NCBI GenBank assembly: GCA_964016885.1
Contig: OZ024749.1
Span: 1,550,001-1,614,000, forward strand
Direction of reading: 5' to 3'
Source: Eledone cirrhosa
Lineage: Eukaryota
DNA: 64,000 bases
Under the pieces are notes generated by a model. The model did not search any database, was not told where the DNA came from, and saw only the letters and a list, made by a program, of their open reading frames with translations. This document shows positions 41,232 through 54,840 of this stretch, piece by piece. Made by a program: the position numbers and the translations under genes. How positions within the stretch are numbered: position 1 is the first letter of the stretch; each line of letters starts with the position of its first letter.

Positions 41232-41543
41232 GTGTGTATGTGCGTATATATGTATATGTGCATGTATTAATTCGACTAAGCCTGTCTAAACAGCAACAAC
41301 AAAAGCTACCACATCATGGGAAAACTATTGAATGGATTTGCTATTTTATATATTTATTGATATATTTGTTTTTCTCGACTTATGAAACAGCTTTTTTGTC
41401 ATGTTTATAAGTTTTATAAATTGACACCATTAATCCCTGTTTATTGTATACATATATATATATATACACTTTGTCACGATTATATTGTGTGTGGGTGTAT
41501 ATATATATATTATATACCATTTTGTTGCATAGTTACTATATAT

Positions 41544-41882
41544 ATCATCATCATCATTTCATTTTACGTCCGCTTTTTCCCTGCTTGCGAGGGTGGGACG
41601 GGAACCGATTCTGGCTTTATTTCTACAGCTGGATGCCCTTCCTAACCCCAACCTCATTTACAGTGAGTGCTGGGTGCTTTTTTGCCGTGGCACCTCCACG
41701 ACCACTTTGCAGTGGAATGATAGGGACCCCTGTCCCTATCATCTCATTTCTACAGCTGAGTAAACTGGAGCAATGTGAAATAAAGTGTCTTGCTCAAGGA
41801 AACAACACATCACCCAGTCTGAGAATTGAACTCACAACCTTTCTATTGCAAGGCCAATGCTCTAACCACTAAGCCATGTGCC
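41544..41882 (-). mobile_element. Full-length family A SINE (tRNA head plus RTE-derived tail)
   Basis: Head matches 63708; tail matches the RTE 3'UTR and (GAT)n. Confidence 0.88.
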
Positions 41883-42015
41883 ATAATATGCCTCATATAT
41901 ATATGTATATATGTCACATATATGATAGATTGTACTTCCTATTTCACATTTGCTTTTGTTCAGTACCATAGGTTATTTAGTAAATCTAATCCATTGCCCA
42001 GGTTTAACACTTTCA

Positions 42016-43450
42016 TCATCACCACCACCACCATGTCCACCACCACTGTCCACCACCACCACCACTGTCCACCACCACCACCACTGTCCACCACCACCAC
42101 CACTGTCCACCACCACCACTGTCCACCACCACCACTGTCCACCACCACCACTGTCCACCACCACCACTGTCCACCACCACTGTCCACCACCACCACCACT
42201 GTCCACCACCACCACTGTCCACCACCACCACTGTCCACCACCACCACTGTCCACCACCACTGTCCACCACCAGCCACCACCGTCCACCACCACCAGCCAC
42301 CACTGTCCACCACTGTCCACCACCACCACTGTCCACCACCAGCCACCACCACCACTGTCCACCACCACCACCACTGTCCACCACCACCACTGTCCACCAC
42401 CACCACTGTCCACCACCACTGTCCACCACCGTCCACCACCACCAGCCACCACTGTCCACCACCACCACTGTCCACCACCACCACTGTCCACCACCACCAC
42501 TGTCCACCACCACTGTCCACCACCAGCCACCACCGTCCACCACCACCAGCCACCACTGTCCACCACCACCACTGTCCACCACCACCACTGTCCACCACCA
42601 GCCACCACTGTCCACCACCACCACTGTCCACCACCAGCCACCACTGTCCACCACCACCACTGTCCACCACCACCACTGTCCACCACCAGCCACCACTGTC
42701 CACCACCACCACTGTCCACCACTGTCCACCACCAGCCACCACCGTCCACCACCACCAGCCACCACTGTCCACCACCACCACTGTCCACCACCACCACCAG
42801 CCACCACTGTCTACCACCACCACCAGTCACCACCACCACCCACCACTGTCTACCACCACCACTGTCCACCACCAGTCACCACCACCAGTCACCACCACCA
42901 CCCACCACTGTCTACCACCACCACTGTCCACCACCAGTCACCACCACCACCCACCACTGTCTACCACCACCACTGTTCACCACATCCACCACCACCACTG
43001 TCCACCACCACCACTGTCCACCACCACCACTGTCCACCACCACCACTGTCCACCACCACCACTGTCTACCCCCCCCCCCCCCACTGTCCACCACCACCAC
43101 TGTCCACCACCACCACTGTCTACCCCCCCCCCCCACTGTCCACCACCCCCACTGTCCACCACCACCACTGTCTACCCCCCCACCCCCCACTGTCCACCAC
43201 CACCACTGTCCACCACCACCACTGTCCACCACCACCACTGTCTACCACCACCACTGTCTACCACCACCACCACTGTCTACCACCACCACCACCACTGTCT
43301 ACCACCACCACCACCACTGTCTACCACCACCACCACCACTGTCTACCACCACCACCACCACTGTCCACCACCACCACCATCACTGTCTACCACCACTACC
43401 ACTGTCCACCACCAGCACTGTCTACCACCACCACTGTCCACCACCACCCA
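42016..43450. repeat. (CCA)nCTGT C-rich minisatellite, ~1.4 kb
   Basis: Direct reading; source of the 516-aa and 545-aa spurious ORFs. Confidence 0.95.
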
Positions 43451-43696
43451 GTTCACTCTGTAAAGTGGTCATCTGGAGCCACTCTGAAAAAAGCTGCTAG
43501 TACATGCTGTAATTTAGGTGTTAAGAGCATCGAGCCATATAAAACCAAGCTAAAAATGGATGTGCAAGACTAGGTCACCTGATCTCTCTGGCTTTAGCAT
43601 GTGACAGCCTGTCTAAGCGATGGAAAATAGCCGTTAAACAGTGATGATGATCTAAATATCTATATATGTGTGTGTATGTAAATAGATATATATGTT

Positions 43697-44620
43697 TACG
43701 AGCTGAATAGCCTGTCGTTGCCAGGCAATAATCACAGTAGTATGCATTTATTTCAAATTTCTTTTTTATTCCATGTCAGACCATGTCAGACCATGACTTC
43801 CCCAAAAGATAGTCCCTTCGATGAGGACGGATTTCTTTATTAATTGGCTCAATTTATAATGTTTGTATAAACAATGTTTGTTGTTTTTCCATCTGGTGCA
43901 TAGATGTAAAGATTTTTCTGACTTTCTTCTCTTGAACATCCAACGTAAAGCTAACCACAAGTGAAGCAGGGCTCTTCAACATGTAAACTAGCAACTGAAA
44001 ATGTTTGTCTTTGTGGATTGTTGATGGTCATGGCAAAACTAAGACTCATTGGAATGAACATATCCTCTCCCCTACCAAATCCTGTTGAAATGGTGGCTTG
44101 AATCATGTGTAGATACATATATTTCACAACCAATTGAGTGCTGTTGCATAGTGTTGGTGGGTCCAAATTCCTCAATAACATGATGGGTGCTCCTACTTTA
44201 AGGTGAAGGACATGTGGAGGCATTCCTGATGGTGTTAAAGAGTTGAGGAACTCTGTCGGGTAATTGACAACTTCCGACTGTTCCACAAGTGTCGACACAT
44301 CAGTAGAGCTACAAAACCCTTGGAATTATTTTTAACAGCTCTTGATTTACCAATTTCACAATAACATTTTCGGGGCCAAAATAGCCCTTTTACTAAGCCA
44401 CATGTGACTGATATTCAAGATTAGGGAACACTTTTTCTATGAGATGGAATAATGATTCCACCATCATGCCTATGGGACTTATATTAATAGCTCCCTTTCT
44501 ATCTACAGGAAGTCTTCTGTCCCCAAACATTAATAGATTTCTGAGTGAACTGCTCTGATTGTTTGTCTTTACCAAAATATGCTCTCATGTTTGTAGCGAG
44601 CTTCAAAACTTTGATAGAAG
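43697..44620 (-). mobile_element. Helitron remnant: PIF1-like helicase C-terminus and decayed 3' end
   Basis: [40 protein letters not shown]...FAMTIN; hairpin-like end near 43700-43730. Confidence 0.88.
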
Positions 44621-44656
44621 TCCCACCATATACACACATGCACTTACATACATATA

Positions 44657-45110
44657 TCATCATCATCATCATCGTTTAACGTCCATCTTCCATACTAGCA
44701 TGGGTTAGACAGTTTTGTTCCATTTGATGAAGGAATGGTCAGGAGACCATGTCTCGTTCGCACAGAAGTGTCTCTGGCAGGTTTTCTACAGCTGGATGTC
44801 CTTCCTAACACCAACCACATTTACAGTGTGGACTGGGAGCCTTTTCACTGTGTCTCCTACACCAGTGCTTCTTAAACTATCTGATGTGGCGGACCAGCAT
44901 TTTTTTTTTTTCAATGTGCTCGATCCAGTGTCATTGTCTTAGAGAGGTGTAGGTGAGCAAGATCAGTTTTTATCACCTTGTCCCAGGTTTTTCTTGCTCT
45001 ACCCACTCCATATCTTCCATTGATTTTCATTGCCCTGCACTTTTTTACACAGCTGTCGTCCTTCATACGCATCATATGTCCATACCAACTCAATCTCCTC
45101 TCCAGAACAC
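44657..45110 (-). mobile_element. RTE 3' fragment interrupted by a hAT-like terminus (cagtgcttcttaaact, ~44863)
   Basis: WYGHMMR..GRARKTW; (ATC)n tail. Confidence 0.8.
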
Positions 45111-45568
45111 ATTATTTATATATATCATCAGGGCGGTGGATTGGCAGTATCGGTAGAGAGTCGGACACCATGCTTTGAAGCATAGAGTTACGTCCCTTTA
45201 TGATCTGAGTTCAAATCCCGCCGAGGTTAACTTTGCCTTTCATTTTTACGGGGTCGATAAAATAAATACCAGTAATGCACCGGGTAATTGCTGGCCTTGT
45301 GCCAAAAGTAGAAACAATTATTTATATATATCATCATTCATCATCATTTCATTTTACGTCCGCTTTTTCCCTGCTTGCAAGGGTGGGTCGGGAACTGATT
45401 CTGGCTTGATTTCTACAGCTGGATGCCCTTCCTAACACCAACCTCATTTACAGTGAGTGCTGGGTGCTTTTTTGCTGTGGCACCTCCACGATCACTCTAC
45501 AGTGAGAATTGAACTCACAACCTTTCGATTGCAAGGCCAATGCTCTAACCACTAAGCCATGTGCCTCC

Positions 45569-45626
<58 letters not shown>

Positions 45627-46696
45627 CACACGCACGCACGCACGCGGGTGGTGGATTGGCAGTATCGGTAGAGTCGGACGTCATGCTTTTACGCATAGTT
45701 ACGGCCCTTTCTATTCAGAGTTCAAATCCCGCCGAGGTCAACTTTGCCTTTCATCCTTTCGGGTTTGATAAAATAAAGCACCAGTAATGTACTGGGTAAT
45801 TGCTGGCCTTGTGCCAAAAGTAGAAACAATTATTTATATATATATATATTATATATTGAGTTATAAACTCATAGTCTTTTACAATTAAATAGCTCAAAGA
45901 AAGGGATATTTCTGAGCCATGTAATACAAATGAATATATGATAGGGATAAACACTTATACAAGTATACATGTGTTTGCATTGCAAATGACCAAGTTAGCT
46001 AGATTGAAAAATACTAATTAAAATAATACGGTTTGCCTGTCTCGATTTAAAATAATAAATCAATAAAAGCAAACCTATATTGGCAATAGCCATGATACCT
46101 GGACAGATTTTAAATTTTAAACTTTAAATTTGTTTCGCAACAATTAAGTGAAATTTCCTATTCCTGTGCTCTTCTGCAGGTATCCAGAAATTGGTAAGTT
46201 TCACTTCAAAATACTTAGGAAGACTGAGATAAATGTGTTGTTGAACGCACATGTATCCCAGTTTCTAGCACGTCCTATACTCGTGCCGCTAAAAATAGCA
46301 GCCGGTTTTATGGGACTAAAAATTAGCTCAACGCATGAAGCCGAGAATATTATATATTGAGTTATAAACGTATCATTTTAATTAGTATTTTTCAATTTAG
46401 CTAACTTGGTCATTTGCAATGCAAACACTTGTATACTTTTGTATCAGTGTTTATCCCTATCATATATTCATTTGTATATATATATATATAATTGAACACG
46501 TATCTCTATGCGTACTTCTCTATATGCTGATATACACACACACACACACCTTGCGTGGATATATACATATATACATACATATTTATATACATACAACTAA
46601 TCTATTGAGAAATTGATAATTTCATGGTTATCATCCAGAAAAACAATCCTGACTGAAATGTAGATGTTATAATTTCTATGTTGTACAGCTGTTGTA

Positions 46697-49600
46697 TCAT
46701 CATCATCATCATCATCATCATCACTGTTTTACGTCTGTACTTGGGTCTCTCCACTCTGCGGCTTTCTTCGACTTCTAGTGCTCTGCACCTTTTTTATGCA
46801 GCTGTCATCCTTCATACGCATTACATATCCATACCAACGCAACCTCCTCTCCTGCACACAGCATTTGATTCCTCTTATGCTCAGTCTCTTTCTCAATTTG
46901 TTTATGCTTTGCCGTTCGTGTATATTACTATTACACATCCATCGGAGCATGCAAGCTTTGTTTCTTTCTAATCTACGCAAGTTTTCTACAGATAGCACCC
47001 AGGTCTCACTACCATGTAACATTGCTGTTCGTATACACGCATCATACAGTCTGCCTTTCATTTTGAGGGAAAAGCCTTTTGCAGCTAGCAGTGGCAGTAG
47101 CTCCCTGAACTTCTTCCATCCCATTCTTACCCTGGTTACTGTATTTTCCGAACACCCACCTCCGCTACTAATTCGGTCACCTAGGTAGCAGAAACTGTCT
47201 ACTGTTTCTACAGAGCCCTCCCAGAGATTGGTGGTACTTGTTTCCTGTGGCTGATTGCTGCCCCAGCGCAGCTGCTACATGTGAAGACTACATTCTTAGT
47301 TAAACTTCCTGAGATCCCACTATATCTCTTGTGTACCCATTGTTTGCATTTGGGGCAGAGGATGGAGTTCCTACCTACACCTTTCCTACATACTGAGCAA
47401 GGCCATTTCCCTGAGGGGATCTGGGTTCTGTTTTCTCATCTACTTATGAGGACCTTAGTCTTTGTCAGGTTGACTTTGAGACCTTTTTTTTCTCTTCTCT
47501 GCTTCCATGTTTGGAATTTCTTCTCTAGTTTCACCATAAATTCGGCTCTAAGTGTGAGATTCCCATGGGCATCTGGTCTTAAACTCCTCCGTTATTGGCT
47601 GCACTACTATAATGAACAGGAGAGGGCTAAGAACAGAGCCCTGCTGGACACCGACCTGTATGCTAAATTCCTCACTATAGTCATTGCTAACCCTAACTTT
47701 GCTGACTGCTCTCCTATACATGGCTCGTACAGCTTTCACAATCCATTTATCTACTCCTAGTTTTCTAAGAGTCCACTAGATTATAGCACAGGGGACACTG
47801 TTGAAGGCTTTTTCCAGAACGACAAATGCCAGGTAGAGCGGCTTACTTTTAGCTAGGTACTTCTGTAACTGCCTCATAAGGAAGAGGACATCAGTGGTGC
47901 CTTTTCCTGGCACAAACCCAAAATGTTCTTCTATGAGTTAAGTTTCTAACCTTGGGCTTATATTTTTACCCCCTCCTCCTGTCCTGATGTGACAATCTTA
48001 ATGTCAGTGGTATCTGACTAGCTAGCCTGCAGGCTATTTCTGCAACAAGTCTCACAGCCATATCGGTTGCTGTTACCCAATCCCTAATCAACTGTGCTAT
48101 AACTCTTTTCATTACTTTCATGACCTGGTCCATCAGCTTTATACCTCTATAGTTTCCTCTATCTAATGCATCACACTTGTAGCAGTTGACAATGATGCTG
48201 CTGCACCAATCCTTTGGTATGACACCTTCTAGTATTACCTGGTTAACAATACGTGTGGTTATGGTGTGACCTACCGACCCAGATGCCTTCAGCATCTTGG
48301 CAGCTATACTTGATGGACCGGTTGCCTATCCCGTCTTCATATCTTCAATTGCCTTACTTACTACGCTGCTGCTGACTTGTACTGCTGGTCCCTCTATAGG
48401 GTTCACTTGGGGTAGGGTCTCTTTTTCCCATGCATTCTCCTCATTTAGTAATCTTTCATAACGACTCTTCCATGCATCTTTCTTCTCAGCACTTGTGAGG
48501 GCAAGCTCACCATTATCATTCCGGATACACTTCTCTCCAATGACATCACAATTCTCTCTAACACACTGCCTCACAATCTTGAACACCTCCTGTTTCTGGT
48601 CCTCACGTTGCCAAACATGCTTGAATTTTCTATCCTCTGCTTCCCTCCTAACTAAGTATACGTGTCGCCTAGCTTCCCTCCTGGTCTCTATGTAATGTAC
48701 CCTGCTTCCCCCCGTTCTTCCATTCTTTCCATGCCTGTCTCTTGGCCTTAACTGCCTCATCTAACTTATTGTTCCACCACCAAGTCACTCTCCTCCTCCC
48801 TGTGGCCTTGTTCCAACCACAGATCTCGTCCTTCGCCTCTAGTAAGTTATTTTTTAGGAACTCCCAGTGCTCTTCTACATTGAATGTCTCTATTTGTTCT
48901 TTTTTACTGTCATAGGTGTCGAGTAAAATATCTTTAAATCTGTTACTGGCTGAAGGGTCTTTCAGCTTCCAGATCTTTCTTCTCCAGGTTGCCTTCCGTT
49001 ACTGAGTTTGTCTAGTCCTGACAGTGAAGTCGCTGACACCTAAGCTATGTTGGGAGGTACATTCCTCACTAGGGAAGGCTTTTGTGTTTACAACTGTCCA
49101 TCTATCATGCCCTCTGATTAGGATAAAATCTATCTGACTAGAATGCTCCCCTGATCTATAGGTGATCAGGTGGTTGTCGGGGTTTTTTGAAGTTTGTGTT
49201 TCATATCGACATGTCATTGGTGTCGCAGAATTCTAGAAGCCTGAAGCCTTCTTCATTTCTTGTGCCAACCCCATGGCCTTCATGGACTCTATAGAAGCCA
49301 TCACGGTGTTTACCTACGTGTCCGTTAAAATCTCCTGCAATGATTAGGAAGTCATTGTCGTTTGTTAGGGCAGTAGTGTGCATTAGGGACTCGTAAAACC
49401 TATCTTTAAGTTCGTCTGGCAACCCCGATTGGGGTGCGTAAGCTGATATTATTGTGGTAATTGTTTTCTTCAGGACTAGTCTGAGTTTAATGATTCTTGC
49501 ATTCACCCTGTTCACTGAGATTACCTTATCTACCCACTTGTCAGCTAATAGTATACCTACACCACCCATCCCATCGTCATTTCCCACCCAGAAAAATTTG

Positions 49601-49960
49601 TAGCACTGACCTTTTCCTACAAGGACTCTAGCAGACTCTCCTCTCCATATAGTCCCTTGCACACAACATACATCAATTTCCTTTCGCTCTAGCATCTCTA
49701 CGATTTCTCCTGCTCTTCCTTTCATTGTGCTTACATTGATGGTACCAACTCGGAGTTTTCGCCATCATTCGTGGGAAAGGGTGAATTTTTGTGGGGTGGG
49801 GGTATGCTTCCTGTCTCTGAATTAAAGCTTCGCATGGGCGCTTGGTAACTCGCGGATTCATATTCATGTATTGGAAAATATAATGAAAACATGTGAATAT
49901 GGTCTACTTAGAGAGGAGCAGAGCTTTTGGTTTAGGTTAGTAATATCATCATATGAATGG
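46697..49960 (-). mobile_element. Near-full-length degenerate RTE LINE (APE, RT, PHD-type finger, C-terminus)
   Basis: Collinear ORF pieces at 49201-49725 (APE), 48999, 48326, 47966, 47548 (GVQQGSVLSPLLF) and 46729; frameshifts; ~150-bp insertion near 47925. Confidence 0.93.
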
Positions 49961-50024
49961 GTATCTTGGGTGTTGTTGAGGTTGATGTTAGGGATTGGGG
50001 ACATTGTTGTGGTGAACACCCTTC

Positions 50025-50825
50025 CGTGGCTCACAAATTACTAGGGCCTCAAACACAACACATGGGCCACATGTGGATCACAAATTACTAGGGCCTCAAA
50101 CACAACTCATGGATCACATGTGGCTCACAAATTACTAGGGCCTCAAACACAACTCATGGATCACATGTGGCTCACAAATTACTCGGGTCTCAAACACACG
50201 CATGGGCCACATGTGGCTCACAAATTACTAGGACCTCAAACACAACACATGGGCCACATGTGGCTCACAAATTACTAGGGCCTCAAACACAACTCATGGA
50301 TCACATGTGGCTCACAAATTACTAGGACCTCAAACAACACATGGGCCACATGTGGCTCACAAATTACTAGGGCCTCAAACACAACTCATGGATCACATGT
50401 GGCTCACAAATTACTAGGGCCTCAAACACAACTCATGGATCACATGTGGCTCTCAAATTACTAGGGTCTCAAACACACAACACATGGGCCACATGTGGTT
50501 CACAAATTACTAGGGCCTCAAACACAACTCATGGATCACATGTGGATCACAAATTACTGGGGTCTCAAACACAGCATATGGGCCACATGTGGATCACAAA
50601 TTACTAGGGTCTCAAACACAGCATATGGGCCACATGTGGATCACAAATTACTAGGGCCTCAAACACAACTCATGGATCACATGTGGATCACTAATTACTA
50701 GGGCCTCAAACACAACTCATGGGCCACATGTGGCTCACAAATTACTAGGGTCTCAAACACAGCATATGGGCCACATGTGGATCACAAATTACTAGGGTCT
50801 CAAACACAACACATGTGGCTCATAA
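50025..50825. repeat. ~47-bp tandem repeat, ~17 copies
   Basis: Unit cacatgtggctcacaaattactagggcctcaaacacaactcatggat. Confidence 0.95.
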
Positions 50826-52093
50826 ATTACATTTCTATTGCCCATAGAATAATTTTTGAAACTAATATTTTCCTAAAACTTGGTAATTTGTCCTTTACAA
50901 GCTTTAAATGTTGCTTTCTCTGTTTTAATATTCCTAGTACAATTTATTCTAATTTAACCATGAAATACAATAAAATGGAAAAAAGGGAATTTACCAAAAT
51001 TAAAAACAGAATGAAGGAACATTTGAAACGGAAACTTTGTCCCTCCCCTACTAATTCACATATCCCACTCTCATGCGTGTTATACTTTTGATAAACATAA
51101 ACAAATAAATAGTAAGTAGTCTATCAGATGTATTAGCATTATGACTGGTGGAAATCATGCCCCCCCCCCCCCCCCCCTCACACTCATCTCACTTTTGGCT
51201 CATTGTGTCTCTCTCCTAGGGATGTAATGGCCCTTCAAAGTCCTTGAACTTGAGACCTCTGCTATAGTAGAATCAATCCAGTTTTAGCCAGTTGTTCAGG
51301 GAGTTAATTAGTACACTGTTGATTTGCTGCTGTTGTCTCAGGTTGTCATGAAAACTGATCCGTGATCAGTTCCCTGAGCCCATCACAAGAAGATCAACAA
51401 ACTTGGACCCTAGAGTGTTACTGTTTCACTGTAAGTCAGTCTCGATCAAACAGACTTAGGACCAAAGGTGGCAGTTGCGGCTAGGGGGAAGTTGATTAAA
51501 TCAACTCCAATATGTGACTGGTTCTTTATTTTATTGATCCCAGAAGGATGAAACGCAAAGCATTTTGTCTGATGCTCTACCAGTTCTGCCAATCCACTGC
51601 CATTTAAATACCAGTTTAATAATGAGATAAGTTTTTTAATATTTTCAAAATTATTGGAAAGATATAGGCAGTGTCTTTTATTAAAAATAGGGGAATGAAA
51701 GGTTAAAGTACCGATATTTTAAAATATCTTCCATTATAACTTTTTGTAAGAACCTTAGTTATGTTCCAAACACTATCTAAAGTTATTTTGTTAATCCCTC
51801 TAAATTTTTTTTATTATTTTCAAAATTATTGGAAAGCTTTCGGCAGTATCTTTTATTAAAAATATGCTAATGAAAGGTTAAAGTATGTATATCGATTTAA
51901 AATCTTCCATCATATTTTTTCTAAGAACTTTAGTTATGTTTCAAACACAAGTTTGATTAGCAAGCTAATATGACTAAATACTTCCAAAGTTTCAAAAAAA
52001 TTGAAAAACTTTTAGAAGTTTGATAATGAAGGGGTTAATGAAAAATAGTAACATGGAACCTAATTTTCATTTTAATTTCCTTTTTCTTATCAG

Positions 52094-52147
52094 GAAACTG
52101 AAGTTGAGGCCCCGAATGCTGATTCTCCCAAAAGTCCCAGTTCCAAG
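52094..52147 (+). CDS. GCC2: GCC2 coding exon 2 (ETEVEAPNADSPKSPSSK)
   Basis: tttcctttttcttatcag| ... AAG|gtaagt; 54 nt, phase 0/0; corresponds to human DLVQDGVASPATPGTGKSK. Confidence 0.8.
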
Positions 52148-52168
52148 GTAAGTTGCAATGATTGTTTC

Positions 52169-52216
<48 letters not shown>

Positions 52217-52384
52217 GAAAGAGAGAGAGAGAGAGATTGATTGTATATATGATTTATATATAATTTTAGTGTTACTAAAACATAACACTTAGTGCTATGC
52301 TTGTTTATTGTACATAAACATATCATATGTTTTCATATGTACCCCTAATATATAAATAATGTATATGTAATTTATATTTAACAT

Positions 52385-53550
52385 ATCATCATCATCATCA
52401 TCACCGTTTTACGTCCGCTCTTCCACGCTAGTATGGGTTAGACGGGTTGTCCTGTTGTGGGCAGTGTCTGGTCGGCTGACCATGCCTTGCTCATACAGGA
52501 ACTGATTTGGCTTGATTTCTACAGCTGGATGCCCTTCCTAACACCAACCTCATTTACAGTGAGTGCTGGGTGCTTTTTCGTGGCGCCTACACGTCCACTT
52601 TACAGTGTGGCTGGGTGCTTTTTTGCCGTGGCACCTCCCCGACTACCTTGCGGTGGGGGCATATTGTCTATATGCTTCAGCTTGTACCCATGGGAGGTCG
52701 GGTACTCTGTATTACTGCATGACGCCAGAGGTCACGGTCATGTGTCATTGCCTTTGAGAGGTGTAATTGGGTAAGGTCGGCTTTTATCACCTCATCCCAG
52801 GTCATCTTGGGTCTCCCCACTCCGCGGTTTCCATCGACTTCTAGTGCTCTGCACCTTTTTATGCAGCTGTTATCCTTCATACGCATCACATGTCCATACC
52901 AGCGCAACCGCCTCTCCTGCACACAGCATTTGATTCCTCTTATGCTCAGTCTCTCTCTCAATTCATTTATGCTTTGTCGTTCACGTATATTACTGTTACA
53001 CATCCATCGGAGCATGCAGGCTTCGTTTCTCTCTAATCTACGTAAGTCTTCCATCTTCAGCGTCCAGGTCTCACTACCATGCAACATTGCTGTTCGGATA
53101 CACGCATCATACAGTCTGCCTTTCATTCTGAGGGAGAAGCCTTTTGCAGCTAGCAGTGGTAGTAGTTCCCTAAACTTCTTCCATCCCATTCTTACCCTAG
53201 TTATTGTACTTTCTGAACACCCACCTTCGCTGCTAATTCGGTCACCTAGGTAGCAGAAGCTGTCTACTGTTTCTACAGAGCCCTCCCAGAGATTGGTGGT
53301 ACTTGTTTCCTGTGGCTGTTTGCTGCTTGCTGTCCCAGCACAGCTGCTGCATGTGAAGCCTACATTCTTAATTAAGCTTCCTGAGATCCCGCTACATCTC
53401 TTGTGTACCCATTGTTTGCATTTGGGGCAGAGAATGGAGTTCCTACCTACACCTTTCCTACATACTGAGCAAGGCCATTTCCCTGAGGGGATCTGGGTTC
53501 TGTTTTCTCATCTACTTACAAGGACCTTAGTCTTTGTCATGTTGACTTTG
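52385..53550 (-). mobile_element. RTE 3' third, including the PHD-type finger
   Basis: ORF 52677-53189; upstream CSVC...CPKCKQWVHKRC...CSSC. Confidence 0.92.
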
Positions 53551-53698
53551 ATTAATATCATCATCATCAACGTTTAACGTCCGTGTTCCACGCTTGCATG
53601 GGTTTGGACGGGGGTTTTCCCACTTGAGGCAAGAGTGATTGTCTTGCTCGCATAGGACTGTCTGGCGGGTTTTCTACAGCTGGATGCCCTTCCTAACA

Positions 53699-53754
<56 letters not shown>

Positions 53755-53897
53755 GTTTCTACTATTGGCACAAGGCCAGAAATTACCCAGTGCATTACTG
53801 GTACTTTATTTTATCGACCCTGTCAGGATGAAATGCAAAGTTAACCTCGGCGGGATATATATAATGTATGTGATATATAATGTGTATGTAATTTATA

Positions 53898-54426
53898 TGA
53901 GGGGGCTTCAAAAAGTTTGTGGTACATAGCTAAAAATCATATGCAGGGATTTTGATCTCAATGCACCTGTACGTTCTCGTACTAATGTGTCATAACATGT
54001 TCTAATATAGACCCTTAAATACATGTTACAAGAGGGCACCACCAGTCAGAAATCAGCACCTGCCCAAGTAACATGGCCTCCATCAAAATATCAAATTCAT
54101 TGTGAAGCTAGGGTGGCAGAGCAGCCAAATCATTGACACTCTGGAGCAAGTTTATGGGGACAATCCCCCATAAAATCAACAACCTACAAATGGATAAGTT
54201 GTTTTAGAAGTGGAAGGGATGAGGTTGAAGATGATCTCCAGTTGTAAAAAACCTGCTTTGACATAGTTTAAATTGTATGACCCTCAATTTTACACAGATG
54301 GACTTAAAGGCTGGTATCAACGCTTACAGAAGTGACCCAGCTGGAGCATATGTTGAAAAATAAACATTATAACTTAAACTGTTTTTTCCAACTGTCCCTT
54401 TTCCATGATTTTTTTGAAGACCCTCA
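53898..54426 (+). mobile_element. Internally deleted mariner element
   Basis: TIRs gagggggcttcaaaaag / ttttttgaagaccctc; HTH remnant IKFIVKLGW...VYGDNPP*KSTTYKWISCFRSG; C-terminus GAYVEK*. Confidence 0.85.
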
Positions 54427-54590
54427 AATGTAATATATATAATACAGATGAGATGTTATTAAGACCAGTAAAATCATTATTCAACTTAATACTCTATATT
54501 TCAGAAAAGTAGTGTATATACTTCAGACATTCTTTGCCCTACCATTTCAATAGAAAATTTGCTATTGAAACGATATGGAGTAAAGAATGC

Positions 54591-54640
<50 letters not shown>

Positions 54641-54770
54641 CAAGTAAAATGACTGGAGGCCGGACAGATTGAATTCCCTTAATTATTTATTTCTGCAAAC
54701 ACTATACACCTTTCAGTGGCCAATTCTACCCAGTGGTGAACCACCAAATTTAAACGTGTATATATATGTG

Positions 54771-54838
<68 letters not shown>

Positions 54839-54840
<2 letters not shown>

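Noticed and set aside
41826-43500. Pro/His/Thr-rich ORFs of 516-545 aa
   Set aside because: Minisatellite that is open in nearly all frames.
54490-54595. Small palindrome and ctgaag...gaaatatag on the minus strand
   Set aside because: Too degenerate to call a ribozyme.
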